From contig DYGI01000001.1 of assembly GCA_020724805.1 (NCBI GenBank), forward strand, positions 239,157-303,156: a DNA stretch of 64,000 nt. The letters run 5' to 3'. This DNA comes from Candidatus Microgenomatus sp. (lineage in GTDB: Bacteria > Patescibacteriota > Minisyncoccia > UBA6257 > GWB1-50-10). The position numbers and the translations under genes are program-made. Positions 54,160-64,000 of the stretch are shown in pieces. Position 1 is the stretch's first letter. The number at the start of each line of letters is the position of its first letter. The notes beneath the pieces were generated by a model, which saw only the letters and a program-made list of their open reading frames with translations, had not been told where the DNA came from and searched no databases.

Positions 54160-55621
54160 CGAGGCGGCGAATCGCGGAATTGCGCGGGGCATTCAACACG
54201 CTCCGTATTTGTTTTTTTGCGAGTGAGGTCTTTACGAAACGAAGCCAGTCCTTAGACGGTTTCTTTCCTTTTTGAGTGACGATTTCCACAATGTCGCCCG
54301 AACGGAGCGGGGTGTCGAGCGGCACCATTTTTCCGTTCACCCGCGCACCGGTACATTGATCTCCAATGTCCGAGTGGATATGGTACGCGAAATCCACCGG
54401 GGTGGCATCGGCGGGGAGGTCGATAATGTCGTTTTCGGGCGTGAGCGCATAGACGCGGTCTCGGAAGAAATCAGTTTTCACCGCCTCCTGGAACTCACCG
54501 GGGTCGGTAAAGGTGCCCTGCCAGTTTCTTAATTGCTCAACCCAACGAAGCTCCTGCTTGTCGCGGATGCCGCTCCACACGTTCGCGTTTTTCTGATTGC
54601 GCGCCTGTTGATAGGCCCAGTGGGCCGCGATGCCGAGTTCCGCTTCGGCGTGCATCTCTGGTGTCCGTATCTGGAACTCAGTGACCTTGCGGTCTACGCA
54701 AAACACGGCGGTATGGAGTGAGCGGTACCCATTAGACTTCGGTCGCGCGATGTAATCCTTGAAGCGTCCGGAAAAAGGAGGCCATTCCTGATGTATCACG
54801 CCGAGCGCCGCGTAGCACGCCTCAACAGAAGGAACGATGACGCGGACCGCAACGAGGTCATAGATTTTCCCGAGGTCTTTGTCGTGGCGCAGGAGCTTCT
54901 TATAAAGACTATAGTGCCGTTTCGCTCTTGCGTCAGTTGATACCACAGGAATCGAATGGGTTTTGAGAAGTGTTTCCACTTTCGGCACGAGTGCGTGCGC
55001 ATACGCAAGCCGTTCCTCGTATGGTTCCTTCACCAACTTTTCGAGCTCCTCATATTCTTTTGGGAGCACGTGGGGGAATGCGAGATCCTCCAATTCGCCG
55101 GAAAGTTTTTGCATACCGAGTCGATAGGCTAAGGGGCCGTAGAGTTCCAAAGTTTCCCATGCGAACGTGCGGCGCCGCTCGAGCGGCAGGCTCGCAAGAG
55201 TTCGCATATTGTGGAGGCGGTCGGCGAGTTTTACGAGGAGCACGCGGATATCCTCAGCGAACGACACAATGAATTTTCTGAGGTTTTCGGACTCATCGCC
55301 GCTTTCTTTGGTGATGCCCGCGGTGGCGTGGGGAAGGTTTTTAAGTTTGGTGAGGCCTTCCACAAGGGAACGTACCTCGGGGCCGAACTCGCGGCCAACG
55401 TCGTCCAAAGTAAATGAGGTGTCTTCCACCACGTCGTGGAGAAGTGCCGCCGCAACGGACGTTTCATCCAGACCCCATTCCGCGACAGTTCCTGCCACCG
55501 CTTTGCAGTGGGTAAAATAAGGGTCGCCCGACGCGCGCTTCGTGTCCTTATGCGCCTCGGCGGCGAACGTGTATGCCCGCCCCACAAGGCTTTTTGCGCC
55601 GTATTTCGCGAGAAGATCCAT
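54095..55621 (-). CDS. rel: bifunctional (p)ppGpp synthetase/hydrolase, short Rel/SpoT form (HD + synthetase + TGS, no ACT)
   Basis: HD domain HDVVEDT. Synthetase YRSLHTAV. TGS GARVNGKMVPLDTPLRSGDIVEI. Start taken at MDLLAKYGAK (an alternative start lies 13 codons upstream). Confidence 0.88.
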   Translation of the reverse strand: MDLLAKYGAKSLVGRAYTFAAEAHKDTKRASGDPYFTHCKAVAGTVAEWGLDETSVAAALLHDVVEDTSFTLDDVGREFGPEVRSLVEGLTKLKNLPHATAGITKESGDESENLRKFIVSFAEDIRVLLVKLADRLHNMRTLASLPLERRRTFAWETLELYGPLAYRLGMQKLSGELEDLAFPHVLPKEYEELEKLVKEPYEERLAYAHALVPKVETLLKTHSIPVVSTDARAKRHYSLYKKLLRHDKDLGKIYDLVAVRVIVPSVEACYAALGVIHQEWPPFSGRFKDYIARPKSNGYRSLHTAVFCVDRKVTEFQIRTPEMHAEAELGIAAHWAYQQARNQKNANVWSGIRDKQELRWVEQLRNWQGTFTDPGEFQEAVKTDFFRDRVYALTPENDIIDLPADATPVDFAYHIHSDIGDQCTGARVNGKMVPLDTPLRSGDIVEIVTQKGKKPSKDWLRFVKTSLAKKQIRSVLNAPRNSAIRRLVNNPPPEDGSGHRGIPRRNKK

Positions 55622-55738
55622 ATGGATACTTATCGTACCCCACTTTTTTCCTCTTGACACGATGGGTGTGGCGCATAGAATATCTCTGCATTAGCAGTAA
55701 ATGGTCGTTACTGCTAAAACAAAAAATAAAAAAATTAG

Positions 55739-56029
55739 ATGAAATTTAAACCACTTTCGAACCGTGTGCTTGTAGAGGCTGTAGAGGATGTTGAAAAGGC
55801 AACAAAGTCTGGCATCGTGCTTCCTGATACTGCGAATGGGAAGCAGTATGTAAAAGGGACGGTAGTAGCAATAGGTCCGGGTAAATTTACCGACAGTGGT
55901 GGACAACTCCCTCTCTCTGTAAAAATTGGAGATGTTGCGATTTTCGAAAAATACAGCGGCACTGAAATTACGATTGAAAACAATAAATATATTGTCGTTA
56001 GGGAAGATGAAATTCTAGGTATTGAATAA
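55739..56029 (+). CDS. groES: co-chaperonin GroES
   Basis: MKFKPLSNRVLVEAVEDVEKATKSGIVLPDTA. 96 aa. Confidence 0.92.
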   Translation: MKFKPLSNRVLVEAVEDVEKATKSGIVLPDTANGKQYVKGTVVAIGPGKFTDSGGQLPLSVKIGDVAIFEKYSGTEITIENNKYIVVREDEILGIE

Positions 56030-56034
56030 AAATT

Positions 56035-57672
56035 ATGGCAAAGCAGATCAAATTCAACGAAGACGCACGTGCGGCGATGAAAAAAGGCATCGACAAGCTC
56101 GCGGAAGCGGTGCGAATGACTTTGGGTCCCCGCGGGCGCGCGGCGGTCATTGAGAAAAGCTATGGAGCGCCGCAGGTTACTTTTGACGGCGTCACGGTCG
56201 CGAAGGAGATAGAGCTTGAGGACAAGTACGAAAATCTCGGCGCCGAGTTTTTGAAACAGGCGGCCGACAAAACGAACGACAACGTGGGCGACGGAACCAC
56301 CACTTCTGTCGTGCTCGCTCACGCGATGATAGAAGAGGGGGAACGGCTTATCCAAGGGAAAGGGTTCAATGTTATTAAACTTTCCGAGGAGCTCAAAAAA
56401 GGCTCAGAGGCAATTGTAAAAAGTTTGGAAAAGCAAAAAGAATCCATTAACGACGCTAAAAAAATAGAAGAAGTTGCTACTCTCTCGGCAAAGGATGGAG
56501 AGATTGGGAAACTTATCGCCGAGGTGTTTGGTAAAGTGGGGCGTGAGGGAGTGGTGACCATTGATGATTCGAACACGGTTGGGAATTCCTACGAGATGGT
56601 GGAAGGCATGCAGTTCGACCGGGGGTACGTCTCGCCTTACATGGTGACGAGCCAGGAGAGGATGGAGGCGGCGATTGAGGACCCGGCAATACTCGTGACC
56701 GACCGCAAAATTTCGTCAATTCAGGAATTGCTTCCTCTTTTGGAAAAGCTGGTGCAAGGCGGGAAAAAGGAACTCGTTATCATCGCGGAAGAAGTGGAAG
56801 GCGAGGCGTTGACCACGCTCGTCCTGAACAAGCTCCGCGGAGTGTTCAGCGTGCTTGCGGTCAAAGCTCCCGGTTTTGGTGACCGGAAGAAAGAGATGCT
56901 TCAGGATATCGCGGTCGTCACGGGCGCTACGCTCATCTCGGAGGATCTCGGAAAGAAATTGGAAAATGTGGGAATGGACGAACTCGGACACGCACACCGC
57001 GTGGTTTCCGATAAGGACAAAACGACCATCGTGGGTGGGAAGGGAGACAAAAAAGCCATTGAAGAGCGCGTGAAACAAATCCGCGAACAAGTGAAACGCA
57101 CGGACTCCGACTACGACAAAGAGAAATTGAATGAACGGCTCGGCAAGCTTGCGGGAGGTGTCGCGGTCATCAAGGTGGGCGCACCGACCGAGTCCGCACA
57201 AAAAGAATTGAAGCAACGTGTGGAAGATGCCGTGGCAGCGACCCGCGCGGCGATGGAGGAGGGAATTGTGCCTGGAGGAGGCATCGCACTCTTTAATGTC
57301 ACGTATGATACGGTGTCGCTTCAGGAAAATGCGAAGTCGGTCGCTGACGCAGTTCGGGTGATTCTTAAACGTGCATTGGAGGCGCCTCTTACCGCGATTG
57401 TCGCAAATAGTGGAGAATCGGTTGAAAAAGTAGTAGAGGAACTTAAGAAGAGAGGCAAGGACGATCTTTGGAAAGGGTTCAATGCCGCTAAAAACGAACT
57501 TGAAGACTTAAAGAAAGCTGGCATCATTGATCCGCTAAAAGTGACAAAAACAGCATTCTTGAACGCGGTTTCAGTTGCATCTACCTATCTCACTATCGGT
57601 GCGGCAGTCTCGGAAATCCCGAAGAAAGAAGTTCCGCCCGCGGGCGGAATGCCGGGAGGGATGGATTATTGA
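56035..57672 (+). CDS. groEL: chaperonin GroEL
   Basis: [34 protein letters not shown]... Ends GGMPGGMDY. Confidence 0.97.
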   Translation: MAKQIKFNEDARAAMKKGIDKLAEAVRMTLGPRGRAAVIEKSYGAPQVTFDGVTVAKEIELEDKYENLGAEFLKQAADKTNDNVGDGTTTSVVLAHAMIEEGERLIQGKGFNVIKLSEELKKGSEAIVKSLEKQKESINDAKKIEEVATLSAKDGEIGKLIAEVFGKVGREGVVTIDDSNTVGNSYEMVEGMQFDRGYVSPYMVTSQERMEAAIEDPAILVTDRKISSIQELLPLLEKLVQGGKKELVIIAEEVEGEALTTLVLNKLRGVFSVLAVKAPGFGDRKKEMLQDIAVVTGATLISEDLGKKLENVGMDELGHAHRVVSDKDKTTIVGGKGDKKAIEERVKQIREQVKRTDSDYDKEKLNERLGKLAGGVAVIKVGAPTESAQKELKQRVEDAVAATRAAMEEGIVPGGGIALFNVTYDTVSLQENAKSVADAVRVILKRALEAPLTAIVANSGESVEKVVEELKKRGKDDLWKGFNAAKNELEDLKKAGIIDPLKVTKTAFLNAVSVASTYLTIGAAVSEIPKKEVPPAGGMPGGMDY

Positions 57673-57703
57673 TAAGCGCCAGGTATCAAGCGTTAGGCGC
57701 TAA

Positions 57704-57740
57704 CCCCCACACCTATTGCGTAGGTGTGGGGGTTTGATTT
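57704..57740 (+). terminator. rho-independent terminator
   Basis: CCCCCACACC-tattgcg-TAGGTGTGGGGG followed by TTTGATTT. Confidence 0.75.
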
Positions 57741-57800
57741 AGGGTGGGGACAGTTCAATACCATACCATACCACACCAATCATCACTCACGAGGTGCAGC

Positions 57801-59543
57801 ATGTCAGACAAAACCGTTGTGCCGGGTCCGTACCAATGGGTGCGGCAACCCGTGGGATACCACTTCACTCCACTTGAAGAAATGGCGCTTCGCCGGTTCT
57901 TCACCAACGTGAATCTGCGCGTGTTCTTCATCTACGGCTTGCCACCGTCGGTGCAGGCGGCGCTCCTCTCGATGTATTCGAGAATGGAAAATGAGCGCGG
58001 TATCCGCGGGCATTTCGTCGACAATCTTCTCCCTCTCATACTTCTGAGTTTCTCGAAGGAGTTTGAAAAGGAGCCGGAAAGCGACGAGGAACTCAAGGGG
58101 CTTGTCCAAGGGATGCAGAAGTTTGTGAGGGAGCATCAGTTGGTCACCCTCGATCGATTCGTCGGGTATTCGGTGGAACACGAGAAGTTGCTCAGAGATT
58201 TCATCGATGCCGCGGCGAACCCGAAATACTTCGAGAAGCTCGCGTCATCGCCGCGATTCCGCTGGTTCATGACGCTTTTCTTGGACAAGTACGGGCACAA
58301 CTCCATCGCGCGGGGCGCAATGCTCACGTTTGGCGCCGAGGATGTTTCTATCCTCGCGGCAAAGTCTATGGAATGGGGTCGCCCTGGCGCCGGCTACATT
58401 GAGCTCTCCACCCGCTTCGTGCGGATGGACAAGGCAGATCTTTACCCGTTCTGGAATGAACTGTCGATCGGTGAATTTGATCGGGATCTCGTCCAAGACG
58501 TGGAAAAGGAAACGCGCGAAGCGCTCGGGCTCTACCAGGCGCTCATGAAAGAGGGTGAACTTGAGGCGTTTTTCAGCGAATTACATCGCGCGCGCGTGCC
58601 GGAAAAGGAACTCGCCGCGGCGGTGAAGGGCGAGGCGTGCGATCTCCTCGGCAATCTTTTGCCGGCGGCAACTCTCACTTCACTGGGCGTTTCGGTGAGC
58701 GGAGAGGCCTTTCCCGAGCTCATCAGGCATCTCATTCTCGATAACACCTCTGAAAATGTCGCGCTTGCCAACCTCATTATGGAGGAATCAAAAAAGGTGG
58801 GCGGCGACCAGTTTCTGAGACACGTCGAGGTAACGGCGGCAAAGCGATGGGATTGGTCGTATCTTGAGACCAATAACTTCCGGAACGGCGCCGGGCTCAT
58901 GAATCCCGCTATCATCGACTGGATAGGGGACGAGCATACGCGTCTTATGGCGAAGATGGCGCTTGCGTGCCAGGATCGCAAAGGAGGAATCGATGCGCTG
59001 AAGCCGGACGTTTCCGATCGTGGGCCGTATGACAAACTCCCGAACCAGTTCGAATACTTCTCTGGTTTCTTCCGGGGAGTGATGAGCTTCCGGGGATGGC
59101 GCGATCTCCATCGGCAGGGATTCTGCACACATTTCCGCACGTATCTCACGCCGGAAATCGGATTCTACCGGTACGACAAGCCCGCACCTTCATGGCTTGA
59201 TGTTCGTTTCAGTGAAGTGCATGCGGTGAACGCCATGCTCTATCAGCGCATGCGAACTGCCGGTCTCTCCGAAGAGGCGTGCCAGTACCCGCTTTCGTTG
59301 GGGAACATGGTGGGATTCCAGGCGGGAGGAAATCTCGCGCAGTGGGAGTTCGTGCTCTGGCAACGGAGCAAGTTCTCGGTGAATCACGAGGTGCGACAGG
59401 TTGCGCTCCAGATGGATGCTGCGCTTTGCAAGGCGTATTCCTTCTGGAAGGATATCGCTCGTACCGACCGCACTCCCGCATATCTCTTTGCGCGGACCTC
59501 GAAGGGAATTCCCTACGAACCTGCGGCAGAGACGGTAGGGTAG
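57801..59543 (+). CDS. hypothetical protein (581 aa), weak ThyX-like (flavin-dependent thymidylate synthase) resemblance
   Basis: SD GAGGTG before ATG 57801. Motif-level resemblance only (AALLSMYSRMEN, FRGWRDLHRQG). Not verified. Confidence 0.4.
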   Translation: MSDKTVVPGPYQWVRQPVGYHFTPLEEMALRRFFTNVNLRVFFIYGLPPSVQAALLSMYSRMENERGIRGHFVDNLLPLILLSFSKEFEKEPESDEELKGLVQGMQKFVREHQLVTLDRFVGYSVEHEKLLRDFIDAAANPKYFEKLASSPRFRWFMTLFLDKYGHNSIARGAMLTFGAEDVSILAAKSMEWGRPGAGYIELSTRFVRMDKADLYPFWNELSIGEFDRDLVQDVEKETREALGLYQALMKEGELEAFFSELHRARVPEKELAAAVKGEACDLLGNLLPAATLTSLGVSVSGEAFPELIRHLILDNTSENVALANLIMEESKKVGGDQFLRHVEVTAAKRWDWSYLETNNFRNGAGLMNPAIIDWIGDEHTRLMAKMALACQDRKGGIDALKPDVSDRGPYDKLPNQFEYFSGFFRGVMSFRGWRDLHRQGFCTHFRTYLTPEIGFYRYDKPAPSWLDVRFSEVHAVNAMLYQRMRTAGLSEEACQYPLSLGNMVGFQAGGNLAQWEFVLWQRSKFSVNHEVRQVALQMDAALCKAYSFWKDIARTDRTPAYLFARTSKGIPYEPAAETVG

Positions 59544-59604
59544 CAGCTCATGTCCCGTCCCGATGCATTCGCATCGTGGACGGGATTTTTGTTATAATGC
59601 TTGT

Positions 59605-60159
59605 ATGAAAAAGCAATGGTGGATTGTGATTGTGGTTGTAGCGGTAACACTCCTTTATGGATGGAGCGCGTACAACGGTTTTGTGGGGAAAAATGAGGCA
59701 GTGGGCGGGCAATGGGCGCAGGTGGAAACGGCGTACCAGCGGCGCTTCGACCTCATCCCTAACCTCGTCGAGTCGGTGAAGGGAATTATGGCGCAGGAGC
59801 AGGAGGTGTTCGGGGCGATTGCCGAGGCGCGCACGCGCTACGCGGGCGCGGGGACGATTGATGAAAAAGCGGCTGCGGCGACGCAGGTGGAAAGCGCTTT
59901 GGGGCGACTCCTCGTCATTATGGAAAATTATCCCCAGCTTCGGTCGGTAGAAAGCGTGAATTCCCTTATGGTGGAGCTTGCGGGGACGGAAAACCGCGTA
60001 GCGGTGGAGCGGCGGCGTTTCAACGACGCGGTGCGCGAACTGAACGTGGCGGTGAAGCGCTTTCCCGGCAATATAGTCGCGAACATCTTCGGTTTTGATG
60101 AGCGTGCATATTTTGAGGCGGCGGACGGTGCGGAAGAGGCGCCGCAGGTGGAGTTCTAA
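59605..60159 (+). CDS. lemA: LemA family protein
   Basis: N-terminal TM then LemA core QRRFDLIPNLVESVKG...ENYPQLRS...RRRFNDAVRELN. Confidence 0.85.
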   Translation: MKKQWWIVIVVVAVTLLYGWSAYNGFVGKNEAVGGQWAQVETAYQRRFDLIPNLVESVKGIMAQEQEVFGAIAEARTRYAGAGTIDEKAAAATQVESALGRLLVIMENYPQLRSVESVNSLMVELAGTENRVAVERRRFNDAVRELNVAVKRFPGNIVANIFGFDERAYFEAADGAEEAPQVEF

Positions 60160-60160
60160 G

Positions 60161-61027
60161 ATGAAGCAAGTTCTCTCGCTTGCTCTTTTTGCGGGGCTCC
60201 TTGGAGTCCCGCTCTTCGCTTCCGCGTATGTAAGCCCCGGGGCGCCCACGGGTTTTGTGAACGATTTTGCGGGAATGTTTGCGCCGAGCGAGGTTACTGA
60301 TTTGGAGGCAAAGCTTGCGGCGTACGCGCAATCGAGCGGCAATGAACTCGCCGTAGTAACAGTGCCGACGCTCGCCGGCGATCCCATCGAAGACTACGCG
60401 GAGACGCTCTTTAAAGAATGGGGCATCGGTAAGGCAAAGGAAGACAACGGCATACTGTTTCTTATCGCGCAGGATGACCGGGAGATGAGGATCGAGGTGG
60501 GGTATGGGCTTGAGCCGGAGCTTACCGACACGGAGAGCGCTGTCATCATTCGGAATATTCTGATACCCGCATTTCAAAGCGGAGCGTACGGAAGGGGAGT
60601 GATGGAGGCGGTGGACGCGGTGGTGGAAGCCATCGGTGGGGAGTATTTACCTCCGCCCGCGCCGACGCCCTCGATGACCTTTAACTGGTTCTGGGCGCTC
60701 GTGTTCATCCCCGTGTGGCTCGCGAGTATTCTCGGGCGGTCAAAGTCATGGTGGGCGGGGGGCGTTATCGGCGGCGTTTTTGGTGTTGTAATCGGTTTCA
60801 TGTCCGGATTTCTATGGGCCGGTATTGCGGCGATTGTGGTTTTCACGCCGCTCGGACTCCTCTTTGATTTTGCGGTATCGCGCGCGTACGCGCGCGGAAA
60901 AGCCAGCGGTCATTTTCCATGGTGGATTGGCGGAGGCCACGGCGGCGGACACGGAGGATTTGGTGGGGGATTTGGCGGTTTCGGTGGTGGCCACTCGGGC
61001 GGCGGCGGCGCGAGTGGACGGTGGTAA
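60161..61027 (+). CDS. TPM-domain (TLP18.3/DUF477) protein with Gly-rich C-terminal tail
   Basis: Signal peptide. TPM core ELAVVTVPTL...NGILFLIAQDDREMRIEVGYGLE. TM helices. GGGHGGGHGGFGGGFGG tail. Typical lemA-TPM pairing. Confidence 0.8.
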   Translation: MKQVLSLALFAGLLGVPLFASAYVSPGAPTGFVNDFAGMFAPSEVTDLEAKLAAYAQSSGNELAVVTVPTLAGDPIEDYAETLFKEWGIGKAKEDNGILFLIAQDDREMRIEVGYGLEPELTDTESAVIIRNILIPAFQSGAYGRGVMEAVDAVVEAIGGEYLPPPAPTPSMTFNWFWALVFIPVWLASILGRSKSWWAGGVIGGVFGVVIGFMSGFLWAGIAAIVVFTPLGLLFDFAVSRAYARGKASGHFPWWIGGGHGGGHGGFGGGFGGFGGGHSGGGGASGRW

Positions 61028-61056
61028 AAGTTCGTTATAAGTTAATAGTCGGTCAT

Positions 61057-61144
61057 GGAGGAGTCGCCTAGAGGCCTATGGCGCGCGCTTGGAAAGCGCG
61101 TTTGGCGCAAGCCATCGTGGGTTCGAATCCCACCTCCTCCGCCA
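61057..61144 (+). tRNA. tRNA-Ser (anticodon GGA)
   Basis: GGAGGAG acceptor. Anticodon loop CTTGGAAA (GGA). Long variable arm. GTGGGTTCGAATCCCAC T-arm. CTCCTCC-G-CCA 3' end with encoded CCA. Confidence 0.85.
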
Positions 61145-61761
61145 TGGAGAAATTTAAAACATTCACCATGTGGTTTACGCTCGCGCTCATTGTCGCGGGT
61201 TTTGTGTCGTTCGAACTTCCTGATGGCGAGGAGCCGACGTTTTGTACGTTGGACGCCATGCAGTGCCCGGACGGTTCCTACGTGGGTCGCACGGGACCGA
61301 AATGCGAATTTGCGGCGTGTCCCGCCCCGGAAGCCGACAAGGATTGGGCGACTCTGACCGATGAAGAAACCGGCATTTCCTTCCGGTATCCGGAGAAATT
61401 TTTCACCATTTATATAGATGCGTACGATTGGCCGCCGCAGGTACGGACGATGGAGGGCCCTCTCGTGTGCGCAGAGGCAGGAGAAATAGACGGACGCGCC
61501 GGAAGAACCGAAGAGCGCATGGTGGACGATAGAATATATTGTGTGACGGAAGTGGTGGGTGTGGCGGCGGGAAGCATGTACACGCAGTATGCCTACTCGT
61601 TCGAGAAGGATGGAAGGGTAGTCATTCTCACCCTTACCTCCCGGGCCTCGCAGTGTGGTAACTACGAAGACCCCTTGAGAGACGAATGCGAGCGGGAGCG
61701 GGAGGCGTTCGATATTGATGGCGTTATCGATAGGGTGGCAAGGAGTGTGCGGTTTGAGTAA
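61144..61761 (+). CDS. hypothetical secreted/membrane-anchored Cys-rich protein
   Basis: ATG overlaps last base of tRNA-Ser. TM FTMWFTLALIVAGFVSF. Several Cys pairs. The ORF-track start inside the tRNA is rejected. Confidence 0.45.
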   Translation: MEKFKTFTMWFTLALIVAGFVSFELPDGEEPTFCTLDAMQCPDGSYVGRTGPKCEFAACPAPEADKDWATLTDEETGISFRYPEKFFTIYIDAYDWPPQVRTMEGPLVCAEAGEIDGRAGRTEERMVDDRIYCVTEVVGVAAGSMYTQYAYSFEKDGRVVILTLTSRASQCGNYEDPLRDECEREREAFDIDGVIDRVARSVRFE

Positions 61762-61770
61762 AATGGAGCT

Positions 61771-62196
61771 ATGAACAATAAAGCAGTGTGGTACGCGGTC
61801 GGCGGGCTTGTCGTGCTCGTCGCGGCATATTTTCTTTTTATGAACGATTCGAACGTACGGGTGCTTTCGGGCGGTTTGAAAGTCGAAGACATGCTGGTGG
61901 GAACGGGCGCGGAAGCGGTGACGGGCGCTACGGTCTCGGTGCATTACATGGGGTGGCTTACGGACGGCAAGAAATTCGACAGTTCGCTTGACCGGGGCGA
62001 GCCCTTCTCCTTCCCGCTCGGCGCCGGATATGTCATCAAGGGATGGGACGAAGGCGTGGTGGGGATGAAAGTGGGTGGCAAGCGTAAACTCACCATTCCG
62101 CCTGAACTCGGTTACGGAAGCGCCGATGTGGGAGGCGGCCTCATTCCGCCGAACTCCACACTTATCTTCGAAGTGGATCTTTTGGCGGTGAATTAA
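61771..62196 (+). CDS. FKBP-type peptidyl-prolyl cis-trans isomerase
   Basis: TM anchor then [16 protein letters not shown]...[26 protein letters not shown]. Confidence 0.85.
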   Translation: MNNKAVWYAVGGLVVLVAAYFLFMNDSNVRVLSGGLKVEDMLVGTGAEAVTGATVSVHYMGWLTDGKKFDSSLDRGEPFSFPLGAGYVIKGWDEGVVGMKVGGKRKLTIPPELGYGSADVGGGLIPPNSTLIFEVDLLAVN

Positions 62197-62774
62197 TGAA
62201 ACGAGTATTTATTGTGCACGGATGGGGTGGGTACCCCGACGAAGGATGGTTCCCGTGGCTTAAAAAAGAAATGGAGGCAAGGGGATTTGAGGTTCACGTG
62301 CCTTCCATGCCGAATCCGTTGACTCCCACGATGGAGGAATGGATTCCCTATCTCGCACGCGCGGTGGGAGAGCCCGACCTGCAAACCTATTTTGTGGGCC
62401 ACAGCATCGGGTGCCCCACCATCATCCACTATCTTGCCACGCTTCCTCGAGGTGCGCGTGTGGGGGGCGTGGTGTTTGTGGCACCGTGGTTCATGTTGAA
62501 AAATTTGGAATCTGAGGATGAAGAGAAAATAGCGGCTCCATGGCTCACCACTCCTGTGGATTTTGATAAGGTGAAAGCGGCCACCTCACGTTTTAAAGCT
62601 ATATTCTCAGACGACGACCCTTTTGTGTCGTACGACGACAATGCCCCGATTTTTCAAGAGAAACTTGGCGCGGAGATAGTGTTGGAGCGCGGGAAACAGC
62701 ATTTGAACGGCGAAGCAAACGTCACCGAGCTTCCGTCTGCGCGCGACGCGCTTTTGGAAATGGCGGGTGGATAA
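62196..62774 (+). CDS. alpha/beta-hydrolase (RBBP9/YdeN-like serine hydrolase)
   Basis: FIVHGWGG...YFVGHSIGC (GxSxG nucleophile elbow)...APWF. Confidence 0.7.
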   Translation: MKRVFIVHGWGGYPDEGWFPWLKKEMEARGFEVHVPSMPNPLTPTMEEWIPYLARAVGEPDLQTYFVGHSIGCPTIIHYLATLPRGARVGGVVFVAPWFMLKNLESEDEEKIAAPWLTTPVDFDKVKAATSRFKAIFSDDDPFVSYDDNAPIFQEKLGAEIVLERGKQHLNGEANVTELPSARDALLEMAGG

Positions 62775-62838
62775 ACCAGAGTTACTTTTCTTTTCCGTGA
62801 TCGTATAGTTATTCAAAGGCCGACCATTTTTATTTGCT

Positions 62839-63585
62839 ATGAACGACACCAATAAATCGACTGTAGGAGCGTTGATTCTGGGTCTCTCGCTCATCATTGG
62901 ATTTGCCGCACACGGGTGGCTTTTTTCGCAGGGGAGAGTAGTGGACACCGTTACCGTGACGGGGTCCGTAAAAACGAAAGTGACCGCGGACCTCGCAAAA
63001 TGGACCGCGAGTTTTTCCCGTCAGGCCACCAAAGCGAATGTGAAGGAAGTGCTTTCGCTTTCCGCCCGCGATAACCAATCTATTCGAGAGTTCATTATGG
63101 GTCTTGGGATTCCGGAGAATGCCATCACATTTCTTCCTACTAACACCGACCCCCTCTATGAGGGGAAGGAATCGCAGTACGGTGGATATATTCCGAGCCA
63201 GGAAGTGACAGGGTACAACGTGAGACAAGAGGTGCGGGTGGAAAGCGCGGATATCGCGAAGATCGAAGAGTTGGCATCCAAGGCGAAAGACCTTGTGGAT
63301 CGCGGTGTGGTGCCCGAGTATCAGAGGACGGAATATTTCTACACCAAGCTCGCGGAGCTTCGTCCGCAACTTTTTGCGGATGCGACGAAGGATGCGTACG
63401 AACGCGCGAAGGCAATTGCGAGCGGCACCGGAGCTACGGTAGGCGCCTTGAAAACCGCCAAGACGGGCGTTATCCAAATTCTCGCCCCAAACTCCTTGGA
63501 TGTTGCTGATTGGGGAGCATACGACACTTCCACAAAAGAGAAGGAAATAAGCGCGACGGTGACGGTTTCATTCGCGCTCAAATAG
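62839..63585 (+). CDS. SIMPL-domain (DUF541) protein
   Basis: TM then SIMPL family core (GYNVRQEVRVES...AKAIASGTGATVGALKT...). Confidence 0.8.
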   Translation: MNDTNKSTVGALILGLSLIIGFAAHGWLFSQGRVVDTVTVTGSVKTKVTADLAKWTASFSRQATKANVKEVLSLSARDNQSIREFIMGLGIPENAITFLPTNTDPLYEGKESQYGGYIPSQEVTGYNVRQEVRVESADIAKIEELASKAKDLVDRGVVPEYQRTEYFYTKLAELRPQLFADATKDAYERAKAIASGTGATVGALKTAKTGVIQILAPNSLDVADWGAYDTSTKEKEISATVTVSFALK

Positions 63586-63605
63586 CGGAATAAGTTGATT
63601 CTTAC

Positions 63606-63637
63606 AAAACAAGTTGCTCCGCAGCTTGTTTTGGTTT
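63606..63637 (+). terminator. rho-independent terminator
   Basis: AAAACAAGTTGC-tccgc-AGCTTGTTTT followed by GGTTT. Confidence 0.5.
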
Positions 63638-63739
63638 AGGGTCAATACAGACCCCACCACAATTCAATCCACTAAACCCGTTCCGATGGAGGAGCCATCG
63701 CGAATCCTCGGCGAAAGTCGGGACGAAAGGAGGTGTGTG

Positions 63740-64000
63740 ATGATACGCGAGAAAACTATCACCTGGTACCTATATTCGGACGATGTCCATACGCAAGCCG
63801 CTATTGTTCGGGAGCTCGACCCCAACAAGGATTTTGCGTTGGGTAAGATGTGCGCCGACGGCACTTCCAAGAATTTATGGAAGACCGACTATACACTCAT
63901 CACTCGGCTCAAGAAGAGCGTGAAAAAAGGTGAGGCGTATGATTTCCTGGTCTATTGGCAGGAAAACGACGGCCCCATCAAGCTTTTCGAAGGATTCCCG
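63740..64000 (+). CDS. hypothetical protein (3' end outside window)
   Basis: SD AAGGAGGTG then ATG 63740. Frame open to window end (MIREKTITWYLYSDDVHTQAAIVREL...). Confidence 0.5.
   Translation, partial: MIREKTITWYLYSDDVHTQAAIVRELDPNKDFALGKMCADGTSKNLWKTDYTLITRLKKSVKKGEAYDFLVYWQENDGPIKLFEGFP

Noticed and set aside
59548-60387. 279-aa minus ORF, and 61042-61944 minus ORF
   Set aside because: Antisense to lemA/TPM and to tRNA-Ser plus the Cys-rich secreted protein.
61078-61761. ORF start inside tRNA-Ser
   Set aside because: The first 22 codons overlap the tRNA. Start moved to ATG 61144.

Overview
GC-rich 64-kb window from an uncultivated-looking bacterium, apparently part of a compact chromosome with mostly co-directional, tightly packed housekeeping genes. 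Some features look CPR/Parcubacteria-like (unlinked 16S, trimmed universal proteins); others look diderm (a T9SS-type sorting tail and an OMP-like C-terminus), so the lineage is unresolved. Identified content: a MacB/FtsX permease fragment, a CsaA-like tRNA-binding protein, uvrB, uvrA, a glycolysis/pentose-phosphate block (gap, capA-like, rpiB, rpe, split transketolase, PfkB kinase, unknown 410-aa protein, class II fba), an RF1-like factor lacking its N-terminal domain, rplY, rpmE, a 16S rRNA gene with its own promoter and no adjacent 23S, a type IV pilus-like locus (REC-only regulator, pilin, pilB, pilC, Avd-like four-helix-bundle protein, two LamG-domain pseudopilins, VirB4/TraG-family ATPase), tpiA, ftsW/rodA, mltG, rpoB, rpoC, rpsF-ssb-rpsR, PAP2 phosphatase, ppa, tRNA-Leu(CAA), parA/parB, rel, groES/groEL, lemA + TPM protein, tRNA-Ser(GGA), FKBP, SIMPL and others. 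Hunt highlights: (1) a structured intercistronic module of about 130 nt present three times, always filling the exact gap between a stop codon and the next start codon, with an SD-led 7-codon mini-ORF and a covarying 13-bp long-range stem. (2) Five AT-rich palindromic elements built from TTGAAR subrepeats that punctuate the pilus/ATPase cassette. (3) A pilus locus combining PilB/PilC with an Avd-like gene, LamG pseudopilins and a conjugation-type ATPase, a candidate DNA-translocation apparatus. (4) A recurrent 21-24-nt motif sitting in-frame inside unrelated CDSs, a clear insertion in UvrB. (5) A 16S 3' end without the canonical anti-SD. (6) A tRNA-Leu 3'-end duplication scar. No CRISPR array, transposase or integrase gene was seen.
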